A stretch of DNA of 61,790 bases, counting the filler. It is 6 parts of 6 records of this genome, joined end to end, with 100 filler letters (N's around TTAATTAATTAA, not from the genome) between each part and the next. Parts side by side here need not be neighbours in the genome. Positions count along the whole stretch, not along the records: positions 1 to 19,806 come from SRR20825010_5720; positions 19,907 to 23,509 come from SRR20825010_5724; positions 23,610 to 36,520 come from SRR20825010_5729; 3 more parts are not named here. One strand, given 5' to 3'. Within the stretch, counting starts at the first letter, position 1. Each line of letters opens with the position of its first letter. A program made the position numbers and the translations under genes. The notes under the pieces were generated by a model, which worked only from the letters and a program-made list of their open reading frames with translations, ran no database searches and was not told the origin of the DNA. Shown here piece by piece: positions 19,291 to 28,148 of this stretch.

Positions 19291-19806
19291 ATGAGCCGGA
19301 AAGAAGTATTCGCCGTTGCCCAGATGGGTCCGGTTCACCTTCAGGATACGAAGGCACAAGTGGTTGCGCGCCTTATCGAAATGCTGCGCGAAGCCCATTC
19401 ACACGGTGCCCGGTGGGTGACCTTTCCGGAACTGGCCCTGACCACGTTCTTCCCGCGTTATATCTACGACAGCCCGGAAGAATACGATGTCTTCTTCGAA
19501 GAGGGGCTGCCCTCTCCGGCGATGCTGCCGCTGTTCGAAGAAGCCAAGTCACTCGGCATCGGCTTTTATCTGGGGTATGCGGAAAAGGTCGAGGAGGGCG
19601 GTCAGACCCGGCGCTTCAATACCTCGGTATTGGTCGGCCCGGACGGCGCCATCCTCGGCAAATACCGCAAGATCCACCTGCCCGGAACGAAGGACCCGAT
19701 TGGGGATCTTGAGTTCGAGCATCTGGAAAAGCGTTATTTCGAAGTCGGCGATCTTGGCTTTCCGGCATTCAAGACCCCGTCCGGCCGTTTCGGCATGTGC
19801 ATCTGC
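19291..19806 (+). CDS. N-carbamoyl-D-amino acid hydrolase-like (nitrilase superfamily), 3' truncated
   Basis: AVAQMGP, FPELALTTFFPR, KYRKIHLPG, HLEKRYFEVGDLGFP and GMCIC give the E-K-C triad and closely follow Agrobacterium D-carbamoylase. RBS ggaggg. Confidence 0.88.
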
Positions 19807-19906
19807 NNNNNNNNNNNNNNNNNNNNNNNNNNNNNNNNNNNNNNNNNNNNTTAATTAATTAANNNNNNNNNNNNNNNNNNNNNNNNNNNNNNNNNNNNNN
19901 NNNNNN
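19807..19906. other. Artificial contig spacer (N44-TTAATTAATTAA-N44)
   Basis: Six-frame stop linker; genes are truncated and composition changes on both sides. Confidence 0.98.
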
Positions 19907-19908
19907 TC

Positions 19909-21360
19909 TATGAGGTCTTCGTGCGGTCGTTCGCCGACTCGACCGAGGGGCCGCTCGCCGGCGACGGTGTCGGCGACATCCGCGGCCTCATCGAGCGGCT
20001 CGACTACCTCAACGACGGCGACCCCGCGACTCACACCGACCTCGGTGTCACGGCCCTCTGGCTCATGCCCATCTGCCAGTCGCCGAGCTATCACGGCTAC
20101 GACGTGGTCGACTACAAGTCGGTCGATGACGAGTACGGCACGAACGAGGACTTCCGCGAGTTGGTGGACGCCGCCCACGCCCGCGGGATGCGGGTGATTG
20201 TCGACACCGTCATCAACCACTCCTCCAGCGAGCACCCGTGGTTCGTCGAGTCCCGCGACCCGGCCTCGGCCAAGCGCGACTGGTATGTGTGGAGCGACGA
20301 GCCGCTCGACGTCGAGTGGGGCTCGACGGTGTGGCACCGGCCGCGGGGCGAGACCGGCGAGCACTATTTCGGGCTGTTCTGGCGGGGCATGCCTGACCTG
20401 AACCTGCAGCACCCCGACACGACGGCGGCGGTGCACGACTTGTCGCGGTTCTGGCTGACCGACATGCGTGCCGACGGGTTCCGTCTCGACGCGGCCAAGC
20501 ACCTGATCGAGGTCTGGCCGCGGGTGGAGAACACGCAGGAGACGATCGACTGGCTGAAGGCGTACCGGGGTGCGATGAAGACCGCCCGCCCAGACGCCTT
20601 CCTGATCGGCGAGGTGTGGGCGGACGCCGAGCAGGTGGCGCGGTATATCCCCGACGCGCTCGACGCGGCGTTTGAGTTCGACTTGGCGTTCGCGATCGTC
20701 GAGGGCGTTCGCGACGGCGACGCGGGACGTATCCGCAAGGCGATCGCGGCGGCGCAGGCTTCCTATCCGCACGGCCAGTTCGCGACGTTCCTGGCCAATC
20801 ACGACATGCAGCGGGCGATGACCACACTGCGCGAGACGGCCGCGGGCGACGAGGAGTCGCTGGCGAAGGCCCGGCTGTGCGCGACGATCCAGCTCACGCT
20901 GCCGGGCATCCCGTTTGTCTACTACGGCGAGGAGCTCGGGATGACCGGCGCCAAGCCCGACCCCGATCTCCGCACGCCGATGCAATGGACCGGCGATGCG
21001 CGCACGGCGGGCTTTACTGATGGCGAGCCGTGGCGACGCCCGAACGCGGACACATCGGTGGTGAATGTCGAGGTGCAGGCTGCGGACGGGGACTCGCTGC
21101 TGGCGACCTACCGGCGTCTCATCCGCCAGCGGCGGGCGCACGCCGAGCTGTGGCGGAGCCCGCTGACGCTGATCGACACGGGGAATCCGGACATCCTCGC
21201 CTACGGCTATACGCTGGGCGGATTCCGGATGATCGTGGCCGCCAACTGCTCCGGCCGCCTGCAGTCCGGGGTCCGCGTGACGCCGGACGGGGACGGCGGC
21301 CCGATCGGCCCGCTGTCTCTGAAGCCCTGGGGCACGACGATCGTGACCATCGCAAACTAA
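19909..21360 (+). CDS. Alpha-amylase family glycoside hydrolase (GH13), 5' truncated
   Basis: YEVFVRSFADS, YHGYDVVDY, INHSS, DGFRLDAAKH, IGEVW, FLANHD and YYGEELGM. Confidence 0.93.
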   Translation, partial: YEVFVRSFADSTEGPLAGDGVGDIRGLIERLDYLNDGDPATHTDLGVTALWLMPICQSPSYHGYDVVDYKSVDDEYGTNEDFRELVDAAHARGMRVIVDTVINHSSSEHPWFVESRDPASAKRDWYVWSDEPLDVEWGSTVWHRPRGETGEHYFGLFWRGMPDLNLQHPDTTAAVHDLSRFWLTDMRADGFRLDAAKHLIEVWPRVENTQETIDWLKAYRGAMKTARPDAFLIGEVWADAEQVARYIPDALDAAFEFDLAFAIVEGVRDGDAGRIRKAIAAAQASYPHGQFATFLANHDMQRAMTTLRETAAGDEESLAKARLCATIQLTLPGIPFVYYGEELGMTGAKPDPDLRTPMQWTGDARTAGFTDGEPWRRPNADTSVVNVEVQAADGDSLLATYRRLIRQRRAHAELWRSPLTLIDTGNPDILAYGYTLGGFRMIVAANCSGRLQSGVRVTPDGDGGPIGPLSLKPWGTTIVTIAN

Positions 21361-21435
21361 GCCCGCTGGTTGGAAGTTGTTGAAACTTGGGAATTGGGGT
21401 TGTGCCCCGGGCCTGTTTCGGTACACTCGATCCCC

Positions 21436-22140
21436 GTGGTGGGCAACCTGTTCATCCTGCTTGCGCTGGGGGGCACCCCGGATGAGGGGTCGGCGACGCC
21501 CCCGTTGGCGGACCTCCCGGTCATCACGGAGGTGCTGTACGCGGTCCCCAAGGGGGCGGAGGGCGACGCCACCGGCGACGGCAACCGCCACGCGACCGGC
21601 GATGAGTTCATCGAGATCTACAACCCGACAGCGAAGGCGATCCGTCTCTCCGGCTGGACGATCACCGACCGCAACAAGCCGGACGCCGGGCAGTTCCTGT
21701 TCGTCTTCCCCAGCTTCCGGCTTGGGCCGGGCGAGACGGTCGTGGTCTTTAACGGGCTCGACCAGACGATTCCCGGGCCGGTCGGCGATGCCGAGACGGC
21801 CCCGGCCAAGCCGAACGACCGCTTCGACGATGCCTGGGTGTTCACGGCGGGCAATACATCGGCCCAGGTGGGGCTGGCCAACTCCGGCGACTGGGTCTGC
21901 CTCCGCACCCCTGCGGGGGAAGTGATCTCGTGCCTGGAGTGGGGCACGACCGACGAGACGCCCCCCGTGGGCGACGCCCGGCTCGAAACGCTGCCCCGGA
22001 CCTCAAGTTCCAGCGTGCAACGCACCCTGGCCTCGCCCGAGGGGGTCTTTGAGGCCCATCCGACGGTCCAGGGTCTACGATGCTCTCCCGGCACGCCCCC
22101 GCCCACGGCGGGTGCCGTCGCGACAGCACCCGACGACTAG
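21436..22140 (+). CDS. Lamin tail domain (LTD)-containing exported protein
   Basis: PVITEVLY, DEFIEIYNPT...LSGWTITD, LGPGETVVVF and LANSGD.V.L. Start codon uncertain. Confidence 0.8.
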   Translation: MVGNLFILLALGGTPDEGSATPPLADLPVITEVLYAVPKGAEGDATGDGNRHATGDEFIEIYNPTAKAIRLSGWTITDRNKPDAGQFLFVFPSFRLGPGETVVVFNGLDQTIPGPVGDAETAPAKPNDRFDDAWVFTAGNTSAQVGLANSGDWVCLRTPAGEVISCLEWGTTDETPPVGDARLETLPRTSSSSVQRTLASPEGVFEAHPTVQGLRCSPGTPPPTAGAVATAPDD

Positions 22141-22197
22141 GCATGGCCCCCGAATCGGCCGTGCGTTTCGGCCAACAGACTCGGCGAGGACACGAAC

Positions 22198-22737
22198 ATG
22201 CCCTGGATCACCAAGGACTCCGCCACCACCCGGATCGAACGGCGCGACGAGCCCTATCTCAGCGAAGCCCTCGTCGCCGAGATCCGCGACAAGTATCTGC
22301 CCCGCTACGAGCGCAAGGCCGGTGCCCTGCTGCCGGCGCTGCACCTCGTGCAGCACGCGTACGGCTGGGTGCCCCATCAGGCGATGGTCGAGGTCGCCAA
22401 GCTGCTCGACCTGGCCCCGGCCGACGTCATCGACACCGCCAGCTTCTACGAGGAGTACTGGCTCAAGCCCAAGGGCAAGCACGTCGTCGCGGTCTGCCGC
22501 TCGATCGCGTGCGAGTTCTGCGGCCAGCCGGAGATCACCGACGCGGTGCGCGAGCACCTCGGCGTCGACGTCGGCGAGACCACCGAGGACGGCGAGTTCA
22601 CGATCATCGAGCTTGAGTGTCTCGGCTCGTGCGGCACGGCCCCGGTCATGCTCGTCGATCACGACCTGCACGAGAACGTCAAGCCCGGGCAGGTCGGTGA
22701 GATCCTCAACAAGGCCAAAGCTTCGGCCGGGCACTGA
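22198..22737 (+). CDS. nuoE: NADH-quinone oxidoreductase subunit E family, [2Fe-2S]
   Basis: ALLPALHLVQHAYGWVP, ASFY, CRSIAC and ECLGSCGTAPVM (four Cys ligands). Confidence 0.88.
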   Translation: MPWITKDSATTRIERRDEPYLSEALVAEIRDKYLPRYERKAGALLPALHLVQHAYGWVPHQAMVEVAKLLDLAPADVIDTASFYEEYWLKPKGKHVVAVCRSIACEFCGQPEITDAVREHLGVDVGETTEDGEFTIIELECLGSCGTAPVMLVDHDLHENVKPGQVGEILNKAKASAGH

Positions 22738-22750
22738 GCAGACTCTCCTT

Positions 22751-23032
22751 ATGGCACAAGAACGGCCAAGCTCGCTCATGCGGTCACTCGGCCAGTTTGT
22801 CGGGCACCTGACCAGCGCGGTCAAGTCGGACCCGGCCAAGGCCGACCTCTCCAAGCGGGAGGGCGAGAAGCGCGAGGTGCGGCGTGAGGTCGAGGAGCGC
22901 GAGGAGACGGGGCCGGACGGGCGCAAGGTGACGCTGCGGCGGACGACGGTGGAGGAGATTGAGATCCAGCCCTCGGCCGGCCCGAACACAACCTCGGGGA
23001 AGGCCACCGACGGAGACTCGCCTCGTGAGTGA
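22751..23032 (+). CDS. Hypothetical protein (93 aa)
   Basis: ATG at 22751 gives MAQERPSSLMRSLGQFVGHL...VTLRRTTVEEIEI. Fills the gap between nuoE and the FUN14 gene with GC3-rich codons. Confidence 0.65.
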   Translation: MAQERPSSLMRSLGQFVGHLTSAVKSDPAKADLSKREGEKREVRREVEEREETGPDGRKVTLRRTTVEEIEIQPSAGPNTTSGKATDGDSPRE

Positions 23033-23509
23033 AGAAGCGGCCACAGGCGGCGGGCTCATCGCCGGGCTGTCCGGCCTGCAGAAGCTGTGCCTCGCGCTGG
23101 CGGCGGTGATCAGCATCTCCGGCGCGGGACTGTGGGGCGTCGGGGCGACGACGGCGGGTGATCGGGCCGAGACGGCCGCGACGGAGGCTTCGGGTGCGGA
23201 CGACTCTGACGGATCGGGGTTCTCGCCGCAGGGATTCACCGACAGCTCGACTTCCGGTGAGGACGATGTCGAGAGCCGCGGCACGGACACCGGTGAGGAC
23301 GCGGAGAAATCACCACTGGAGCTGTACTCCCCCACGATCTTCCGGCTGGGCTTTGCGTTCTTCCTCGGCTTCGCGGTGGCCTTCGCGCTGCGGGCGGCGT
23401 TCAAGGTGGTGCTGCTGGTGGTCGGCGGGGTGTTCCTGCTGCTGATCGGGCTGCAGATGGCCGGGCTGGTGAGCGTGAACTGGGAGGCGTTCGAGGGGAT
23501 GTACAACAC
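23025..23509 (+). CDS. FUN14 family membrane protein, 3' truncated
   Basis: LGFAFFLGFAVAFALRAAFKVVLLVVGGVFLLLIGLQMAGLVSVNW matches the FUN14 pattern. Confidence 0.75.
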
Positions 23510-23609
23510 NNNNNNNNNNNNNNNNNNNNNNNNNNNNNNNNNNNNNNNNNNNNTTAATTAATTAANNNNNNNNNNNNNNNNNNNNNNNNNNNNNNNNNNN
23601 NNNNNNNNN
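23510..23609. other. Artificial contig spacer
   Basis: N-run with TTAATTAATTAA. Confidence 0.98.
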
Positions 23610-24182
23610 CGGCATCAGCACCATCTGCATGCCGATGGTTACGTCGAGATTCTGCTCGCGCTTGATCTCGCCCATGGCCTTGATGTTTTCCGCGACCCGG
23701 TCGAACCAATGCTCCTTCACGCCCATGATCTCGGCATAGCGCTTGCGCTCACCGGCCGAGATATTGACGCGGAGATAGGTCAGGGACGGCAGGACCTCTT
23801 CCAGCTTGCGCCGGTTGAGCACGAAGCCGTTGGTACCGACTGCCATGGAGAGACCAAGCTCGTGCCCGTATTTGCAGGCGTCGACAAAGACCGGAGAGAT
23901 CGTGCTCTCACCATCGGAGACCAGGCTGATGCCCTTGACGCCGATCTCGGCGCAGTCCTCGAGAAACTCGAAGATCGCCTTCTTGTCGATCACCTTGCGC
24001 TCGTTCTCCTGCAACATTGCGTAGCAGAAGTGGCAGGCGAAATTGCAGGCGCGGGTCAGCGACATATCGATGGTGATCGGCGCGATCCGCTCACCGCGCT
24101 CCCAAGCGTCGATACGGTCCTGGTGCCAGGCGATCTTGGTGCCGTCCAGGATCAGTTCAACGTGATCTGTCATTCCGGTCAT
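23610..24182 (-). CDS. Radical SAM protein, 3' truncated
   Basis: CxxxCxxC motif CNFACHFC; GEST, TNG and LRVNISA strands. Confidence 0.9.
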
Positions 24183-24215
24183 GGCTAGGTTCCTTGGACT
24201 GTTGGTCCCGGTTCT

Positions 24216-24959
24216 TCAGAGACGCCGGATACGGTTCGCGTCCTTCACCACTTCGGTGAAGAGTTCGATACGCTCGCCGGTCTGCTCGCGCAGCCAGCGC
24301 TCAAGTTTCATCAGCAGCAAGGGTTTGTCCCAAGCCGGAATCGCATCTGTAAAGACAAGGAAGAGGCGATCATACTGGTCGATTTCCACCAGTTCGAAGG
24401 CATCGCTTGCAATATCGTTTGCCATCTTGAAGCTTTCGATATGCGGTAACACGTGATCGCGCTTGGCCTGTTTGTCCAGGTTTTTCCAAGTTTCGCTGTA
24501 AGGACGATCAAAAAAATTTGTTTCCTTGTGGCGGCCGAACCGCTCTTCTGCTTCGCGCCGAACAGCAGCAACAAGACGCAACGGAATGGAGAAGCAAGCG
24601 CCGGCATTACGCGGTGTGACAATACCTGATACCGGTGCAGGTGCTTCGGGGTCTCGGAGAGACTGTAAAGCAAAGACGAGACCGTGCTCCACCACCTCTC
24701 GTACTGGAGCGCCAATCGCATGATCACAAAGCACATCTAGGACTGCTGCTTCCGGAGCTGCTTCCGGCGCGTAAAAACAGGCATCTGTAACAGTTTCCGT
24801 CTCGTCTTCCAGTGTAAGTGTCAGGCCTAGGCCTTCCGCTTCGACGGAAATCACCGGTGTATTTGATGGAGCTGCCGGCCCCTTATGAACAAGGTGTTGC
24901 AAACGATCCGCGATGGTTCTCGCGAATGCTTTCGGGGTATCAGCAATATCGCTCACCAT
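24216..24959 (-). CDS. Hypothetical protein with probable degenerate NifU-like (IscU-like + Nfu-like) architecture
   Basis: LTLEDETETVTDACF...LCDHAIGAPVRE resembles NifU_N; FELVEIDQYDRLFLVF...LERWLRE resembles NifU_C without CxxC. Visual comparison only. Confidence 0.5.
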   Translation of the reverse strand: MVSDIADTPKAFARTIADRLQHLVHKGPAAPSNTPVISVEAEGLGLTLTLEDETETVTDACFYAPEAAPEAAVLDVLCDHAIGAPVREVVEHGLVFALQSLRDPEAPAPVSGIVTPRNAGACFSIPLRLVAAVRREAEERFGRHKETNFFDRPYSETWKNLDKQAKRDHVLPHIESFKMANDIASDAFELVEIDQYDRLFLVFTDAIPAWDKPLLLMKLERWLREQTGERIELFTEVVKDANRIRRL

Positions 24960-24963
24960 GGCA

Positions 24964-25287
24964 TCACGCTTTGATATTGCTGATATGGACAAGGCAACAA
25001 TCCTCGTGTTCTTCGAGTGAGATATTTGACACTGGTGAGAGAGCTTTTTTCAGCCCTTCTCTCTGGTCAGTTGGAAGGCTGCTGTTTTTGATCCGGATGG
25101 AAAATGCCCCAACACCGAATGCGCCGGCTGCTTCCACCATGTTCAAGATGCTTGAAATGGTGTCTTCGTCCGGGACCCACATTTCGAGGAAATCCAAGTC
25201 CACACCGTGGCCGCGCAACTGATTCAGCAGCCGGTCCTCGTAGGAGGTGACAAGCTGCTCGTAATGGATGGCTTGCTCGCTCATATA
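24964..25287 (-). CDS. Hypothetical protein (107 aa)
   Basis: MSEQAIHYEQLV...FLEMWVPDED; RBS ggag upstream; tightly packed in the operon. Confidence 0.7.
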   Translation of the reverse strand, partial: YMSEQAIHYEQLVTSYEDRLLNQLRGHGVDLDFLEMWVPDEDTISSILNMVEAAGAFGVGAFSIRIKNSSLPTDQREGLKKALSPVSNISLEEHEDCCLVHISNIKA

Positions 25288-25300
25288 CTTTTCTCCAGCT

Positions 25301-26431
25301 TCACGAGGCTTTGGCAAGAAATGCGTTTACCGCATGTGCCACCCGCTGGATCTCCGCCTCGGTCAGGTTTTGGTGTATCGGTAGAGTGATGATCCGCTGC
25401 GATTGCTCTTCGGTTACCGGATAATCCCCCTGTTTGTGGCCAAGATAGGCTGCTGCTGGCTGTAGATGGATAGGTACCGGATAGTGGATCGCCGTGCCGA
25501 TTCCAAGCGAAGAGAGGTGGCTCTGTAGCGCATCACGATGATCGACTTGGATGACAAAGGTGTGGAAGCTGTTGAACTCTATGTCCCGGCAAGGAGGTGA
25601 GAAGGCGAGCGCTGGATCTAGCAGCTCACGATAGCGTGCTGCATTGTTTCGTCGGCGTTCAACAAGCTGGCTCATATTGCCGAGACGGAAGTGAAGAATA
25701 GCGGCCTGGATCTGGTCCATCCGCGAAACCGAGCCAAAACGTGTAACGGTGTTGCGGTCGATCAGTCCGTGATTGCGGTAGAGCCGCGCGAACTCTGCGA
25801 TATCATCCCGGTCGGTTGTGAGAAACCCGGCATCGCCACAGGCATTGAGATTTTTAAGTGGGTGAGCTGAGAAGCAACCTGCATCTCCAAAAGAACCGCT
25901 TGGTTTACCGTCATAGAGCGAGCCGATGGACTGTGCCGCGTCTTCAATGATCGCTAGACCATGCTGGTCTGCGATCTCCTTGATAGGGCCCATGTCGGCA
26001 ATTCTGCCGGTTAGATGGACCGGCATGATCGCCTTGGTTTTAGATGTGATTTTTTTTTCGATCTCAATGGGATCGATATTCTGGTCCGGTAGCACATCAG
26101 CAAAAATCGGCGTAGCGCCGACATGGGCAATCACGGCGGTCGAAGCAACGAAAGAATTCGGCGGAGTGATAACCTCGTCTCCCGCACCGATTCCGAGGGC
26201 AGCAAGTGAGATAATCAGCGCGTCAGTTCCGGAATTGAGCGTCACGACATGTTTGGTGCCGCAGAGTTCTGTCAGTGCCTGCTCAAGTTTGTCGTTCCAG
26301 GGGCCTCCTACATACATACCGCTCCGCAGGACATCCTCTATGATCGGCATGAGCTCGTCGCGTTCTTCGGCGAACTGAGCGCCGATATCGACATAGGGGA
26401 TCGGATTTTGTGAAGGTGTTTTTTCCAGCAT
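25301..26431 (-). CDS. DegT/DnrJ/EryC1/StrS family PLP-dependent sugar aminotransferase
   Basis: NSGTDAL, IMPVHLTG, IIEDAAQSIG, FSAHPLKNLNACGDAG and HYPVPIHLQPA. Confidence 0.93.
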   Translation of the reverse strand: MLEKTPSQNPIPYVDIGAQFAEERDELMPIIEDVLRSGMYVGGPWNDKLEQALTELCGTKHVVTLNSGTDALIISLAALGIGAGDEVITPPNSFVASTAVIAHVGATPIFADVLPDQNIDPIEIEKKITSKTKAIMPVHLTGRIADMGPIKEIADQHGLAIIEDAAQSIGSLYDGKPSGSFGDAGCFSAHPLKNLNACGDAGFLTTDRDDIAEFARLYRNHGLIDRNTVTRFGSVSRMDQIQAAILHFRLGNMSQLVERRRNNAARYRELLDPALAFSPPCRDIEFNSFHTFVIQVDHRDALQSHLSSLGIGTAIHYPVPIHLQPAAAYLGHKQGDYPVTEEQSQRIITLPIHQNLTEAEIQRVAHAVNAFLAKAS

Positions 26432-26472
26432 GCTTTTAGTCAATCCGTGTGTGCTCTGGGCCTGATGACAGC

Positions 26473-28011
26473 CTATTTCAATAGTGCGGTCAGAGCTTTG
26501 ACCACGCTGACCTTATCCACCGAATCGCGGTGGCCGACAATTCCGACTTTGATGGCACCGGCGATACTGCCGATCAGTCCGACATTTGCAATCTTCGTGT
26601 CAATCTTGGCCAGCGGTGCAGTAATCGCGAAGAACGCATCGCCAGCTCCCATAGTATCTACCACACGCGTGGTGAAGGCGGGGATATGTGATGGAGTCTG
26701 ATCGTTGGCATCATACGCAACGCACCCATGCCGCCCGTGTGTCAAAATCATCCGGCTACAATCCATCCGTTTTGGCAATATCTCCTGAGCAATATAGCCA
26801 AGGTCGCTGAAACGATCGCCGACGGCAAGGCGAGCTTCCGGGGCATCGATGCAGACATAGTCCGCGCGCGGGTATTTGGTGATTAAATTATACCCCCGAT
26901 TAGCGCTGTTTGTCTGGGCGTTGACAGCAAGAAACGGAGCTGTTTCGCAAATCAGATCAACGGTGTCTCCGGTGATGAGGCCGTGGCCGAAATCTGCAGC
27001 CATGACAACATCGTATTGAGGTGCGAGTTCACTGATCTTGGCATGTAACTGCTCCTTCGCGACCTGAGGCAGAGGTGAATCCTCGATAAACTGAACTTCG
27101 AACAATTTGCGAAGATAGCTGTTGTCTACATAGCGCAGCTTGCGAGTGGTCGGCGCGTTAGGTCGATAGACTGGGACGATGTTCACATTGTCTCGTGTAT
27201 GTGCCTCGACAAAATGTTCGCGCGAATCACTTTCGCCAAAACAGGTAAGAATATCGACTTGCCTGCAAAAGCTCGCGACATGGTTTGCGGCAGCAATAAC
27301 CCCTCCGGCAAACATCTCAATGTCATGATGGCGGGTAGACATGATATTTTCTTTGGAGGGCTGTCCCGAGGGCGTGACGTACTGATACTCATCAAGAATG
27401 GTGTCGCCGATTATCAGGATTTTCATGTCTTGTATTTGATCGATCAGATCAAGAATGGGTTGTAATCCGATCTCGGCGCGTACCTGGTCCAGATAGTTAC
27501 GCACTTCCGGTTCGAAAACATCGACATGGCGATTGATGAGCTGGCTTGAGCTGAAGGTGATATCCTCTGTAAAGACGACGCGACCGCCGTGGCTCTCGAC
27601 CGCTTTCCGCTCGTCAACGATTTTGCCGGTTACGTCCTGTGCTGCGTCGACGTAATCCGATCCCTTGATATAGGCGTCCGGCTTGATGGCGTTAATGGCA
27701 TCTTCGGCAGAGGGCGCGGGATTGATGCCTACCCAGCTGACATATTCCAGAGCTGCAAGCATTTCTGCTCTCAGTTGGTCTGTGAAAACTGGTCGGCCCG
27801 GACCTTTTCGGACGAACTCATCAGCAGTAACGGTGACAAACAAGACATCGCCTTCGCGTCGAGCATGCTCCAGGTGACGCACATGTCCCAGATGCAGCAA
27901 GTCGAATGTGCCATGCGCATGCGCAATTTTTTTACCATCTTTCTTGAGTCGTTCAGAAATCTCAGAAAGTTGGGAAAGCTCTTTGATCTTGTTGCGCGCG
28001 CTAAGCGTCAT
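26473..28011 (-). CDS. Bifunctional cytidylyl/adenylyltransferase-PfkB sugar kinase (HldE/RfaE-like, reversed domain order)
   Basis: N-terminal HGTFDLLHLGHVRHL, KGPGRP, KGSDY and FSSS; C-terminal IGDTILDEY, DFGHG and DTMGAGDAF. Confidence 0.9.
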   Translation of the reverse strand: MTLSARNKIKELSQLSEISERLKKDGKKIAHAHGTFDLLHLGHVRHLEHARREGDVLFVTVTADEFVRKGPGRPVFTDQLRAEMLAALEYVSWVGINPAPSAEDAINAIKPDAYIKGSDYVDAAQDVTGKIVDERKAVESHGGRVVFTEDITFSSSQLINRHVDVFEPEVRNYLDQVRAEIGLQPILDLIDQIQDMKILIIGDTILDEYQYVTPSGQPSKENIMSTRHHDIEMFAGGVIAAANHVASFCRQVDILTCFGESDSREHFVEAHTRDNVNIVPVYRPNAPTTRKLRYVDNSYLRKLFEVQFIEDSPLPQVAKEQLHAKISELAPQYDVVMAADFGHGLITGDTVDLICETAPFLAVNAQTNSANRGYNLITKYPRADYVCIDAPEARLAVGDRFSDLGYIAQEILPKRMDCSRMILTHGRHGCVAYDANDQTPSHIPAFTTRVVDTMGAGDAFFAITAPLAKIDTKIANVGLIGSIAGAIKVGIVGHRDSVDKVSVVKALTALLK

Positions 28012-28148
28012 GACATTTTCCGTCAACTCTGACTCATACATTAAATTCGATCATTATCCCGCAGCATCGACGGTCTGGCTGCGCTTTGGCGCCTTTGCGT
28101 TCCTACTAGAGTCAATGAGGGAGTTTGTCCATCCGTTGTGCCGATTGG

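Noticed and set aside
19855-21591. 578-aa minus-strand ORF
   Set aside because: Shadow of the GH13 gene; it ends only in the artificial linker.
24216-25317. Frameshifted pseudogene joining the two hypothetical ORFs
   Set aside because: The second ORF has its own ATG 4 bp after the first stop, consistent with two coupled genes; a fused ancestor is not excluded.
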